In this document: positions 12,895-25,700 of the stretch, in pieces | Numbering within the stretch: position 1 is the first letter of the stretch | Layout of the letters: every line of letters begins with the position of its first letter | Assembly (NCBI RefSeq): GCF_041146345.1 | Contig: NW_027191411.1 | Location: 744,001 to 808,000, forward strand | Length of the DNA: 64,000 bases | Direction: 5' to 3' | Source of the DNA: Neodothiora populina | Lineage: Eukaryota | The notes under the pieces: model-generated | What the model was told of the DNA's origin: nothing | Seen by the model: only the letters and a program-made list of their open reading frames with translations | Database searches by the model: none | Program-made: the position numbers and the translations under genes

Positions 12895-14808
12895 ATGGCT
12901 GGCAATCCTTTCCGCAGGCCGGGAACTATACCACCTACCCCTCCCACGCGGCAAACGGCGGCAGAGCTATCCGTTGAGACGAGTGATGGTAAGAAGCTCC
13001 CGCCCTGAGCATGCCATGTCAATGTTTTGTTGACAGGCTCTGTAGCAAGCGTCAAAGCGAAGAAGGTAGTGAAGAGAGTCCGTATCCAATCCCCCGTGAC
13101 AAGCCCAATCGACGTGCGAGGAGACCCATTCGCCCTCAAATTGAACGAAGCAGGTCGGGCGAGCTCCCCACCATTGGAAGACAAAGATTCAGATGTTGCT
13201 ACAGAGTTGCGAAAATCCTTCATAGACTCTGTCGCCAAAGGCGCCAGTAATCTGAATCGGGAAGTCGTAGGTGTACCTTTACAACATCATCCATCAGCTT
13301 TAGGTCTCGAAGCGACAGCGAACAAGTCTGCTCAGCCGCAAGCGCCATACAATCCGTTTTCAAGGACTCTTGCATCAATAGAAGGAGGTTATGGCATGGC
13401 AGCTTCTTCAGCAACAAAAGATAAGGCAGAGAATCCGGGACCTCTTTCGAGTCATGGACAAAACGAGCCAGGGAAGGAAGGACTGGCCAAACCCACAATG
13501 GACGTAGACTCTTTCACCCGTATGCTGATGACTGGCTCCACTACTGCATCTCCTGCTCCAGCTTCGCCTGCGCCAACGAGCTCAGCAGTGGTGCCCTCTA
13601 CCCTAACGGTCGGCACTGGCACCGCTGCATCTCTGTCCGACTCGCAGGGTTCCATGTTTCAGCAGGTACATGACATACACCCAGAATCCCCTCGCTCACC
13701 GACCGAGGATTCAACGTCCGATGTTGACAACGTGGAGAGCGGCGACCAAGCAAGTCTAATGGGCAATCCTCAAAACAAGAAAGCAAAGCCTCCTCCACCT
13801 GCCCATCATCGCGGCAAGCTCCTTTCGAGACAAGGTCCTCAGACTGTGTCCTTTGCGGACTTTGATACATCTATCTCAGTTCCTTCTGCACAACAAAGCC
13901 CCAGCACCTCTGCAGTAGAGCCCCAGAATACGCGCTCGAGCAGATCGTCCTCGGATGTCAACAAACCCCTACCGTTACCCCCTTCATCCGCTGGTATACA
14001 CAATGGAGTCGACGGTGCAAAGGATGGCATGACTGCATTGCCCCCGCAACCTGAACCACCAGTAGAAATTGATCTGCAGTCCAAAAAGACTCGCGCTCCT
14101 CCGCCACCACCGACCTCACGGCGCGCAAGCCATCTCTTCATGGGCGCAATAACAGGACGCGCAAGAAGCGCCTCACAGCTCTCAAAATCTTCTGTCCCTG
14201 ACGATCTCGATGGCGATTCCGACCAAATGGAGCTCTCATCTACGCAGCCTTCCAATAAACCGCCAGCGCCGCCGTCTCGAAGGGCTGCAAACTCGGTCTC
14301 GTCAGTCGATCGAGAGCCTAGTGTATCAGCAGCTCCTCATGGTTCCGCCGAACCTGCCGTTCCGCCACCAGCAGGTCGAGCACCGCCGCCTCCACCGAGT
14401 AGACAAGCTCTCCGAGGGACACCAGCTTTGACGCGGACCCCATCTACGCAGTCAGCATCATCTCTCGGCGTTCGACGCATCTCGCCAAGCCTAGCGCAGA
14501 CTGGTGCGCCACCTCCTCCTCCACCTCGTCGGGGAGACAAACGGCCTAGCTTTGACGAAGCTCGACGACCTAGCAACAGTAGTCAGAGAAGCAGTGTCGA
14601 GCTTCGTCGTTCGAGCGGAGCCGCTTCACACAATGGACGCACGTCGTCAATATCATCTTTACATTATGTTCCAGAAGGCGGATCAGCGCATGATGATGTT
14701 GTGACGGATACTCCGACTACACTGAACGCGAATGGGAAGGATATACTCGCAGATCTGTCTGCATTTCAGGCAGAAATCGATGCTTTGAGGGCGCAGATAG
14801 GGCAGTAG
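12895..14808 (+). CDS. Proline/serine-rich hypothetical protein
   Basis: ATG 12895 (MAGNPFRR) and intron 12989-13036 join in frame to the 593-aa ORF. Many PPPPP..RR motifs, NPF motifs and a C-terminal DILADLSAFQAEIDALR helix. Confidence 0.8.
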
Positions 14809-15466
14809 TCGAGAGCTTGTCCTATTTCTCTTTCGTTACGATATGAAAATATAGATCATGCAATGATTTGCGTCTTCACGTTCTCGGTCCTCTGCAACCC
14901 TTGTGTGTACTTTCCAATCCTTTCGTATGTACACACATTGTTCTCTGCCACATCCCCGACTGCTCTCAGTCCTTCGAAGGGAGCAGGCAAATCTTGGAGC
15001 TAGCTTCATCTCGTCGTGTTGCCTTACAACGTAGCAACTTCGAATGATCATGACACTCTTCTCTTTTCTCCTTCCATCAGCTCAGCTACCCTTACTATAG
15101 AGGTAGGAACTTCAAGATTGTCATTCTTTTGCTCAATCAATACTTTATCATATTCTAGCCACTATAGCTTCGACGCGAGGTTAAATCCGTCAAACGCCGG
15201 CCATCACTAGCAAAAAAAAATCATGGGTTTGCTGTTTATGTCACCGGTCTCGTATGAACACATTTCGACTATCGTATATATAATCCGATAATTTAAAAGA
15301 CAGTACATATCAAACAAACAAAAAATAAGACTAGAGTCAGACTACAGAGCCAGAACACAGTCAACCAGTGTAACCATAGGGTGGACTCTAAACAACAAAG
15401 AAGCAAGAAGGAGCCACACCAGGACCAATTGAAACTGAAAAGCCCAGAGGAAAAGAAAAAAACAAA

Positions 15467-16258
15467 ATGTCCAAACAAATCGACTCAGAAGGCAATGCAA
15501 TCCGCACCTTCCAAATATCATCAAATAACCCGCAAGGGGGTATCGAAGTGAAAATCACAGAACCGAACCTCACAGCTGATAACCTACCTTTGGAGACCTG
15601 GGCGTCATCGTGGGTCATGGCGAGTCAATTGCACAAGCTGGACATCAAGATGCCCTCCCGAACATCAGCGACAGAACTCGGCACCAGCAACGGTGACGGT
15701 GTCACTGCCTCTGACGAACCAGTGGCGATTATCGAACTGGGCGCCGGCACGGGTCTGGTGGGACTGACGGCGGCACATGAATGGAATGCACCCGTCATCC
15801 TCACAGATCTGGCGCCTATAGTTCCCGGTCTACAAGCGAATATCTCACTGAACGAACGTCTGCTCTCTTCGTGCTCGAAAGCGTCCGCGACGTGCGGGAC
15901 TTTAGACTGGAACGACCCCACAGCGCTCACTTTGTCCGACGGCACAACGACGATCTCCTCGCGACGTAAGGCGACGGTGCTACTAGCTGCTGACACGGTG
16001 TACTCGGAAGAGCACCCGGAGCTGCTGGAAAAAGTGGTTGTCGAGTGGCTTGCGCGCACGCCCGAGGCGAGGTTTGTCATTACGTATGCGATGAGAGTTG
16101 CGTATTTGGATGAGATCAGGGCAGTGTGGGAGAGGTTGGAGAATGCAGGATTGGTCGCTGTTGAAGAGGGGCAGAGGAGGGCTGGAGAGGGCATGTTTGA
16201 TGATGAAGGGTTGTGTGAGTGGAGTGTTTGGAAGTGGAAGGATTTGTCTTCTTCTTGA
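15467..16258 (+). CDS. Protein-lysine methyltransferase, METTL21/Rrg1-like
   Basis: 263 aa. EP...NL.LETWASS, motif I IIELGAGTGLVG, ILTDL, LDW and LAADTVY (DxxY). Confidence 0.85.
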   Translation: MSKQIDSEGNAIRTFQISSNNPQGGIEVKITEPNLTADNLPLETWASSWVMASQLHKLDIKMPSRTSATELGTSNGDGVTASDEPVAIIELGAGTGLVGLTAAHEWNAPVILTDLAPIVPGLQANISLNERLLSSCSKASATCGTLDWNDPTALTLSDGTTTISSRRKATVLLAADTVYSEEHPELLEKVVVEWLARTPEARFVITYAMRVAYLDEIRAVWERLENAGLVAVEEGQRRAGEGMFDDEGLCEWSVWKWKDLSSS

Positions 16259-16410
16259 GCTGGTGTTGGTTGATGCTATTATCATACTGCTGGGGAAGAG
16301 ACTGGACGTCTCGCAGTACTATTAACGTCGAAGCTGCGGGTTCAAAGTGCAATTGTGCATGTCATTCATGGTAGTCATTGCTGGCCGTGTACAGCCTGCA
16401 GTTTATCTGC

Positions 16411-17374
16411 TCAAGCAGTCTGGAGATCCAAGACACGATGCAATCTAGACGCAATCTCAATATAATCCGGCTCGTTCTCGAACGTCAGCACGCCGTGACG
16501 TACGAAAAAATCCAGCACGATACACCCATTAGCAGGTGTGAACTCGCCCTCCGCTAGAGCCTTCTTCAGCTGCGGTACGGTCATCAAGGTGATCTCTTCA
16601 GCCTCGCCATCGCCAGGAATAGGGATGATGTCTTGTGGCAGCTTGATCTCATAGACAAATTGAACTTCGGGCGTGAAACATCCAATCTCACCTCCGCTTC
16701 TTTCGTCTGTCAGACAGAGGTAATTGACCGTACCGCAGGCGATTGCGTGTTTACGGACTAATTCCGGGTTGAATGATGCTTCCTCCTCAGCTTCACGCAC
16801 GAGACAGTCGAATGGTGTCTCTTCTGTTGGTAAGCTGCCCCCAACCGTACTGTCGAGCATACCAGGGAAGGTCCGCTTCGCCTTTGCCCGACGAGCCACC
16901 CAAAGTCCGAAACCGGCGCTATCGTCTTCATGGTAGGCAAGAAGCTGCACGCCATAGGTCACGATACCGAAGAGAGGAGCGGCAACACGCTCGATGCTCA
17001 TCACCAATTCCTTCTTTGGGCCGTAAACTGGAAAGACTTCATTAGACCACTTGCGGAGTTGCATGAAGGTATCCTTTTCCTGTTCGCGCTTGAGCATCTC
17101 ATGCATAGCATTATTGCGCTGTGCGATATCTGGGGCGTCCAGCGTTACTGTTGTTTCGGAGTGGTCGACGTGCCACTGCCGTCCCCAGGAGCATCTTTGG
17201 ACTACATCTTCGAGGAGTGTCCCAAAAGAATTGCCGAAGCCGGTGATCCTGAACTTGTAATAATTCAATTTCGGCAGGATCCTGGGATACGATAAGCTAC
17301 AATCTTGTCCCGACGGTCAGTGTCCATAATTCGTACTGGTCACAATCATTCAACAATTCGATATTGCTCTTCAT
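16411..17374 (-). CDS. Nudix hydrolase, YJR142W/thiamine pyrophosphokinase-associated type
   Basis: ATG 17374 (MKSNIELLNDCD) and a 40-nt intron 17297-17336 join in frame to ORF 16411-17268. ERVAAPLFGIVTYG, WVARRAKAKRTFPGMLDSTVGG and Nudix box REAEEEA. Confidence 0.88.
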
Positions 17375-18122
17375 TGTCCTCCGAATGTTTCCATCTCCAA
17401 ACGAACTCATATCACTTTGCTTGGTACCAATACTAGTCAGAAATCTTATACCACTGAATATGCGGGCTACTGAACTTATATATGGCTCCGTAAATGTTCC
17501 CGCGCTGTAGCAGAGTTGAACACGAGCACTTATACACGCCGCAAGTCAGGTAAATTGAGACTTGAACTTCGTAGCAGCCGCGCGATCAGACACAGAAGTG
17601 GCTGAGCATAGCTCACGTTGCATTAGCGCTGAGCGATCTGCATAATCGCTTAGGTGGATGCAGCAATGGGGGGGAAAACCGTCGGTCGTGAAAGAACCGT
17701 ATTGATTATTATGAGCAGCAAGCGCCCGTGAGCATACGCATGGATGTGATTCATGCAGCTCCTCCGTTTGTGATGAACCTCGCGACAGCTTGTGGTTGCC
17801 TGACATTTTTGGCCAGTGTGAAATCGGCGGGAGCACTCGGCGGAAGCTATCTGTAGGAACATTCCAAGAAGAAAACGGCAGGTGGTTCTCCAAACGTGCA
17901 CTCATCCATAGGGCTTCGGGTAGCAGTACTTTGCGAGCCCTCAAAAGTCACACCGTAAGCGCGATGGCGCATACCGTGATCGAACCAATCGCGATAGGTG
18001 AGCATAATGCAACGAGGGTTTATTCAATCTCAAGAAGATGTAGTCCTGCTGGTGGAGCTCGACATATAGTACAATGAGAGACCATTGTCACGCTCCGCAT
18101 ATCGCTACATGTGTTCAACGAT

Positions 18123-20503
18123 ATGGATCCGTTTTCCATCACAATCGGTGTTTTGTCGCTCCTGGAGACAGCCAACAAAGCTCGTCAAGGGATAGACAAG
18201 ATTCTCAGGTTGAAAGAGGCTCCTGAGAGACTGCGGGATCTGTTCAATGAGGTTAGATATCTTGCGCGATATTATTGTTCCAAGCCATAGACTCATTGGT
18301 TTCCATGTCAAGGTATCAGAATTAAGTACATTGGCTGGTATAGTCCAGAATGTAGCCCTTCGGTCTAGTCTTCGAGATGAGGCTGCTGCCCAACGACTCG
18401 GGCATCTTCTTTCCAGAGCGAACAAATTGATATCCGACTTGATGGCTTTGATCACTCAGAAGCTCGTCAAGGACCCAGAGAGTCTCGAAGACAGCACGAA
18501 GAAAGCCGAGATCAAGATGCTTACTTGGTTCGTCGAGGGAAAGAGGATAAACACGATGACCGCACGACTCTCAGAAGTTAAGCAATCACTACAAGCAGCT
18601 CTAAGCGCACTAACTGCGTAAGTGCACACAACTTCTTGCAGTCCGGCCTCATAATCTTACAACGTACAGGGTGGAATTGCCGCACATGCAAGTGGAGATA
18701 CAAAGAATCAACGGCAAGATCGGCGACATGCATTCTTCTTTTCTGGACGTGCTTGAGAACAAACTCGCTGAATTAAGAATTGCCGGTGAAGTAGACATCC
18801 AGAACGACCATAATTTACCTCAAGGCAAGCAAAAGCAATTGCAGCTGTTCTCCACGTCATGGCAGAGCAATGCAGCCAGTGAGGTTCCAGGTGAAGATAT
18901 GCTTCCAGCAAGTAATGGCGACAGAGTCATGGTTGAAAGTGTGATTGTTCAGAATCCCAGGCCAAACCTATGCAGGTGCGATTGCCACACCCCTTTAGCG
19001 ATCAATACGCCGCAATGGCTTGATTCAGCAATCGGGACGTTGCTGATCAGATACATGAAAGATCCTCGGTCGTGTGCTTTGTGTTCGAGGAAGGGTTGCC
19101 GGAAGGGCACGGAAACGATCTTGAAGACCAGTTACTATTTCCCTCGGTGGCTATTGCGACACGCAATGTGTCTCCAGTTCAAGTACACCCCCTGGAGTGG
19201 ACATACTGTCTCACTCAGGACGCCGCGGGTCATATCCGCGAATTCGCCAGTATTCTCGTTCGCCCAGCACAACAACATTGATGGTATGCGGCGTCTATTC
19301 CAAGATGGGCTGGCTTCGCCTTTTGACGTGAGCTATGAAGAAGGTAGATCTGCCTTACAGGTTAGCGATATCTATGGCCATTGCCTTTGCAGAAACCCTG
19401 ACTTACGACCCACTTCAGTTCGCAGTAACAGCTGAGAAGCCAGAAATGGTGAGATTTCTACTTGGCCAACATGCAGATCCAGAAGCCGAGGACAACAACG
19501 GCCTGTTAGTAACTTGTTTCTGCTTGGCTTTGTATAGATCTAACACCGTACAGCACGGCGAACGATGTAGTCTGGAATTATTATCTGCAAAATCCGGAAA
19601 ACGCCTTCTTCGAAGACTTCCTGTGCACGCTCGGTCTATCGAGATTCAACACAGACGTGCTTTACAAACGTAAATTCAGCATCACTCACCGGATCGTCTT
19701 AGGCTTGTCGAACCTCAGTCTAGATGACTACCTTCAGGCTGCAGATGGAGGCGAGATCGATTGCCCAGATCATATGGGTAAGTCTCCACTCTGCTGGGCA
19801 GCATCGCGCCCGAGTCCGTACTTTGTTGAGACTTTATTGAAGCATGGAGCTTCACTCAACAACGGTGATCGCAGGACCTCCATTGCATTATTGTGCAGGT
19901 AGCGGACATCCTTTGTCAATGGAAACTTTACTCGCAAGCGCAAAGGAGCGCACAAGTTCTCTGGCAGAGACCAGACGAGGCTCTGGCTTCATGCGCGGCT
20001 CTCCTGGACGTGCGATTGAAGATGACTTTTCCCTTATAGTGAATGCAAAGGATTCCAAGGGGCGCACACCCCTCAACTTCGCTACTCGCATGAATTTTCC
20101 TGTCCACGCTCACCTGCTCATATGCGCTGGCGCGGACATCGAGGCTCCAGACGAGCCCTTGAGACGGACGATTCTCTTGACAGCAATATATTGGAACAGC
20201 CATCAAGTACTGCCCATCTTGCTGCGCAATGGCGCTTGTACAGAGCAATGTGATGCACGAAACGCGACGATATTGCATTATGCGGCGAGATATGCAAGTG
20301 CCGATACATTGCATGTTCTCTTACGCCACGACTTGGGGAATGTCGACGTGGACGCCCTTGACGATGGAGGCTTGACAGCAATGGAAATGTTCGCGTCGAT
20401 GTTGGATAGGGTTGAGTCCGAGAACGACTCAACTAAGCACGCCACCGCGGAGACCTTTGCGCTGCTAATCAAGCGACATCGCCGCCGTCATCCTGGTGGA
20501 TAG
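18123..20503 (+). pseudogene. HeLo-like N-terminal domain plus ankyrin-repeat gene with a frameshift
   Basis: MDPFSITIGVLSLL...APERLRDLFNE N-terminus. Introns 18252-18312, 18618-18669, 19361-19418 and 19505-19553 splice in frame. Ankyrin repeats GKSPLCWA, GRTPLNFA and ATILHYAA. Frame break near 19879; a sequencing error cannot be excluded. Confidence 0.7.
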
Positions 20504-22657
20504 TCGTTGCAATGGCTGAAGGTGACGGTGATGACAGCAAAAGTGATGACTATCATGACGCTGCATCTGAACCAAATGTCTCTCCCACGTCACCAACCAG
20601 TACTATTCCTTGACCAGATTGTACTAATTTGTTAGTTAGCGTACATGAGCAAGTATGTCTCCAACACATTAGCACATCTCGTCTCAATTACTAGAGATAT
20701 GGTGGACATACGTCTGACTGATGAGGATCTGCAGGGATATTCACCTGCTGCTGTCAATGCGAACAATTCAATGGGGGCGACCCTGGCCGATTACAACCGA
20801 CCAAGGACACGTCGTTGATCATATTTAGTCGCGCTCGCGAAGAATTACTACTGCTCGTGAATAATACTTTCGGACAATTCATTGCCCTCACGTAGAACCC
20901 ATGCCCTCGCGTGGAGGACACAATTACCCTCCGCTGTGCATGTGGAACCAGAAAAGTCGCAATATGCGTGCCGGTCCAGGGTCAATCTTCCGGAAGGTGC
21001 TTGTTTCACCCTCTATCAAGGGGAAAAAGCCGTTTGAACTAGGTTCCCATGGCATGTTTCACGACACGAACGACATTCACATGCAAAGTCGTCGTGAAAA
21101 ATATGAGGGATACCGACAAGGTCAGAGCAGTACCGCGCCGTAGTAACAATTGACTATTGCCTTGTCCGTAATTTTCACGACTGCCTGGTCTCTAATACGA
21201 CATACGAGCAACACGGAGTGAATAGCGGATGTTAGCGGACTCTAGCGAGATCAGCAACAAGTAAGAAGACATGCTAGATCTGAAAATGCTTAAAGGACCA
21301 GCCATGAATGGTGGATATTGATGACGCTAATGCACAGCTAAAATGAAGGGTCTGCATTAGCCTTCCGCATGCGTTGTACCTTGCCTTAGCCCAGGTGCAG
21401 GCACATAGAAGGGGGCAAGATTGATGGTAATATCGGCTATGTCTGCGCCGGGACTTTGAGAATGGCGTTGCATTGCCTCAAACTGTTTAGACGAGTCAAT
21501 CGTCGAAGATGAACGGTAACTTTGATTTCAGGCAGGGAGGAAGACAAGGTATCTTATCAAAAGGCAAAGCCTTTAGGTTCAAGTACGGCTCCGGCAGACG
21601 GGGCCTCCACACATGCACGTGGCAGGTGATTGCACGGCCCAGAGCGGATGATCATCATCTCCATATGATAATCATGTAATAGCCAGGATATCGAGTCGTC
21701 GGTGGAACACATCTGGACATTGGACAATGAGTTTCTCTGCATATCTCCTGGGCTGCGGCTTAAGGATAGGGAGTAAGTCAAATCTAAATTCTAGGATGCG
21801 ACAGCAATGCAGTCAATGTCATGCGCAAGAAAGGGACCCGGCGGGTACCCACCTTACTAAGGTAGACTACCGTACTCTACAAGTACATCATAAGAATGGC
21901 TGCACGCGAGGGGGTACTGTAGAGTAAGGGTAAGGTGTTCCCCAAGCGTTGGGTGGAAGTTTGCTTTCTCTGTTTTCCCACAGGCTTTGCCGATAACCGA
22001 TGGCTATCCACCACATCTCGCGTTACCACTTCGAGTACCGTACCTTACCCTACCTTACCTTACTCGCTTTCGCCCAGCGTGCCCCTGAAACTAAGTGCGC
22101 GCTTGCGAAAAAGCCAGTCGTTGTGTTTGTCCAATCCAAAAATGATGCACAGATGATAGATGAACAGTGAATCATGGTGCTGGTTGTGTATCCTGCGCAA
22201 CAAGACTCCGCTCGAATTTGACTTCGCTGCGACCGAAGTTGGCCCCGCCCTTGCTTGTCCAGGTCCAGGTACAATCTGGACATGTAGGAAACAGCGAACG
22301 GCAGTCTTGAATTGCTCTCTTCGATTTCTGAGGCCAGCGGCAGAGACGTAGCGAGGGGAGCTCTGGCTACCCATCTCGTGGTTTCTTTTAGCTGCATATT
22401 GCCGTTCGCATCAGAGCAACTTAGGGTTAAGAGGCAGCTTAGCAGAGAGTACTCCGTAGGGCGCCTGCAGCTTCCTCTCCACTCACTTTGCATTGGTGGA
22501 GCCCACAAGTCTCGTTCTTTCTGAGATACCTTAGCCATCGAATTGTGGTTCGCCGGTGCTGCAACAGTCGTCAAGCGGCCGTTGGAATCCGCTGCACAGG
22601 CTGCTGCTTGCCATAACCATAATAGCGTGGTTGGCACAACCTTGTTGATCCCCAGGA

Positions 22658-22716
22658 CTGTACAGTAGTACAGTACTGTATTGTACAGTGTACTGTACGA
22701 CTGTCCGTACTGTACC
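22658..22716. repeat. TACAGTA/TACTGTA-rich quasi-palindromic patch
   Basis: Five TACAGTA/TACTGTA heptamers (22661, 22669, 22674, 22691, 22708) just upstream of the Sec7 gene. Confidence 0.7.
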
Positions 22717-22797
22717 TTGCAGGAGGAGAGGATCCAATCAAGCGCGTAGATCCACTTGAGCCAATCCCACTCGACCAGCGAGGCGAGTCAATCCACC

Positions 22798-25700
22798 ATG
22801 ATGGACCTGGGTTCTCCTCTGGGTTCTCCTTCTGCCAACACATCGTCACCTCCACCTCCACCACCGCCGTCACTCCTTCATTCGCCCTTCACCTTGTCGA
22901 CCCCTCCTCGCGCCATTGCATCCCGCAGCAGCTCGCGAACAGCTTTACGCGGCTCACATTACAATACTCAGACTAAGCCTCCAGTCACCCCGCCGCCTCG
23001 ATCTTCTCGCAACGCTTCCCGCAACGCGAGTAAACGCAATGGAAAGGAGGAATCTTCAGCATCCGACCTTATCTCTGCCTTGACGACCAACCCCAAGGTC
23101 ACGCACAGAAGCACTCATAAGGGCAGCCACAAAGACTCTCACGACCATCACGACCATCACGACAGCCACGACGAGGACGAGGACGATTACGACAAGGAAT
23201 TCGACAGTCAAGGCAACGCGCGCCCTCTGTCCTGGTCTAGCGTGACTAGAGACTCGGTCGTCGACAATCTTCTGTCCTCGTTCGACAGGATGGCTGCTTT
23301 CTCCAGCTTCGACGACCATTTCGATGTCGCTGCCTCCCCGCCGCGCATCAGCACACGCCTGTCCTCCCAGCGACCGCGCGGTCACACCTATTCCTCGTCA
23401 CTGTCCACCGATGTCGCCAGCCCTGATGATGCCGTCACCTACTATTCGCGCTCGTCGCAAGGCAAGCGCAGCAACAGCGGATCGAGCTACGTGGGGAGTC
23501 CCCTCAGCATACTACCCATCAGGAACGCAAGGGATGCTAGAGATGGCAGGCCCATGGCTCTGGCAAGAAGCAGTTCCGAAACACAACGAACGGCGAGGAA
23601 CCACAGCCGCACGCGGCCTTCAGCCAGGAAATCAAGCAAGAGCAGTATGAATTCGAGCTTTGACATATCGCATATTGGGGGCCTTCCGGGCATTGCTGAT
23701 TCCAATATCGATATCATCGACCACGAACAGCATAATCGCAGTGCGCCTGAAGTTGTCACACTTTCCAGTTCGATTCTGGGCAGGGGCCGACCCGTCCCGT
23801 CACTCTACAGCGCCTATGAGCCGCCGCATGGTCAAGCAAAGGATTCGCGACCCACTCGCGGCCCATCGACTCACCTGCAGCCTTCGGCTTCCTCTTCGAC
23901 CAAGCGGACAAGTTCTCACACCTCGAGTGTCCATGGCGCTGATGCAGACAGTGCGAAAGGCGACACCTCTAGGGCTCAAAGTACGACACAGGAGATACCC
24001 AAAGCCATTCGCGACCAAGCCAGTGATTTTGTCAAGGCAACGAACATGCGCTCTGCTTCCCCGGTGCCGGCTCAGTCTGCTCGTCCAACTTTTCCTAATG
24101 CTGCTTCTGAGCCCATTGCCCGCAGGCCGGGCTTCTTCAGACGTGTGTTCGGCTCATCTAATCGCTCCTCGACCAACGTCGACGTTGTGAAACAGCTGCA
24201 GCGCGACTTCTCTCTCAACACAGTGGCAGTCGAAACGCCGCAGCAAACACGAAATAAGTCTACACCTGCTCCGGAGTCTGCCACTCCCAATCCCCGGCCT
24301 GATGCGAAGACTGTCACCACACCCCCGAATGTAGTCAATAAGAAACCCTCTTTCTTCCGCAGACGGAAGATGTCCGTGGACGAGGAGAGCTTTCCCCCGA
24401 GCATTCCGCCGCAACTGATAAACCCCTCTCATCGTCATTTAGAGCAAGAGAACCCGTCGAGTCCGGGAGCTAGCAGCCTTAAGAAGGTTCTTGATCCTTA
24501 TTTAGCAGAAATCGATGCGCCCACCCCGAGCGGCCAGATCCCGCTCTCTCGGTTCGCAGTGGAAAAAAGTGAAGGAGACACTGACAGTCTTGACATGTTC
24601 CATTCCGGCTACACTCCTCCTCCGGACGCCAGTTTGAGGCGGAGCGCGCCCCTTGAGCACCGTTCATCGATCAATCCCAAGCCGCTTGAGAAGCCTGATC
24701 CGATGCTCGCGCCGAAACCACGTACTCCACCTGACCCGGAGAAATTGCAGGTGCAAGCTGCAAATCGCGACCCGCAGCGCCCACAAATGCAGCATAGCAG
24801 TTCCTTCCTCAGCGACGCAAGTGACATCAGTGAAAGAAGCAAGGCTTCCTCCGGGATCTCAGCAGTTAGCGAAAGTTATATTGGGCAATCCAATGGCGCT
24901 TTGGGTCCTGTCTCACCGATCGCGTCGCCCATTATTGAGTACTCTGGTAGCACATCATTTTTCCTGAGCCCATCGACGACTAATTCCGAGTGGGGGCCTA
25001 TCAGTCCAGGAGCCACCATCAGAGCCGTGACTTCGGACTCTGGTGGCGCCCACTCCGATGGGCAAGAATACGGCGTGAAGGAGTCAAAGGGCCTGGCTAT
25101 AAGGATCTCGCCTGCTGCGAAACATGATCGCCTGTGGATTGACCCCGCGCATTCCGAAGACGATACGGTATCGAGCGAGCTCTCCTTGCCTCGCGAAGGA
25201 CTCATGCGCCCTCAGGAACCAACGCCAAACCAGCATGACGAAGGATCTGGCCAGCGAAAGGACAGCGTACCGGTGGTTGAAGTCAACGGCAACGAAGTCC
25301 GCCCGTCTGTTGACATCGCGCGTCGTCTGGACGAGCTCACTAGTCCTGAGCCCTCGGCAGAGGACATGGATCGCGCGCGAAAGATCTATGCAGGAGAAGA
25401 AGACTTTGTGACCATGGGTAACGCAGCGGCCTGGCTAGGCGAAAAGACCCAGATCAGCGCCCGCACACTCATCGCATACATGTCTTTCTTCGATTGGGCT
25501 GGTCACAACATCTTGAGCTCGATGCGAAAACTCTGCGAGAAGCTGGTGCTCAAAGGAGAATCACAGCAGGTGGACAGGATTTTGGAAGCTTTCGCAGCCA
25601 GATGGGACGAATGCAACCCCAACAATGGCTTCAAGGGGACCGGCGTCATTCACAACATCTGCTATGCATTGCTGCTACTCAACACGGATCAGCACATTGC

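Noticed and set aside
19865..19874. 10-nt GT..AG segment whose removal would repair the ankyrin frameshift
   Set aside because: Far too short for a spliceosomal intron.
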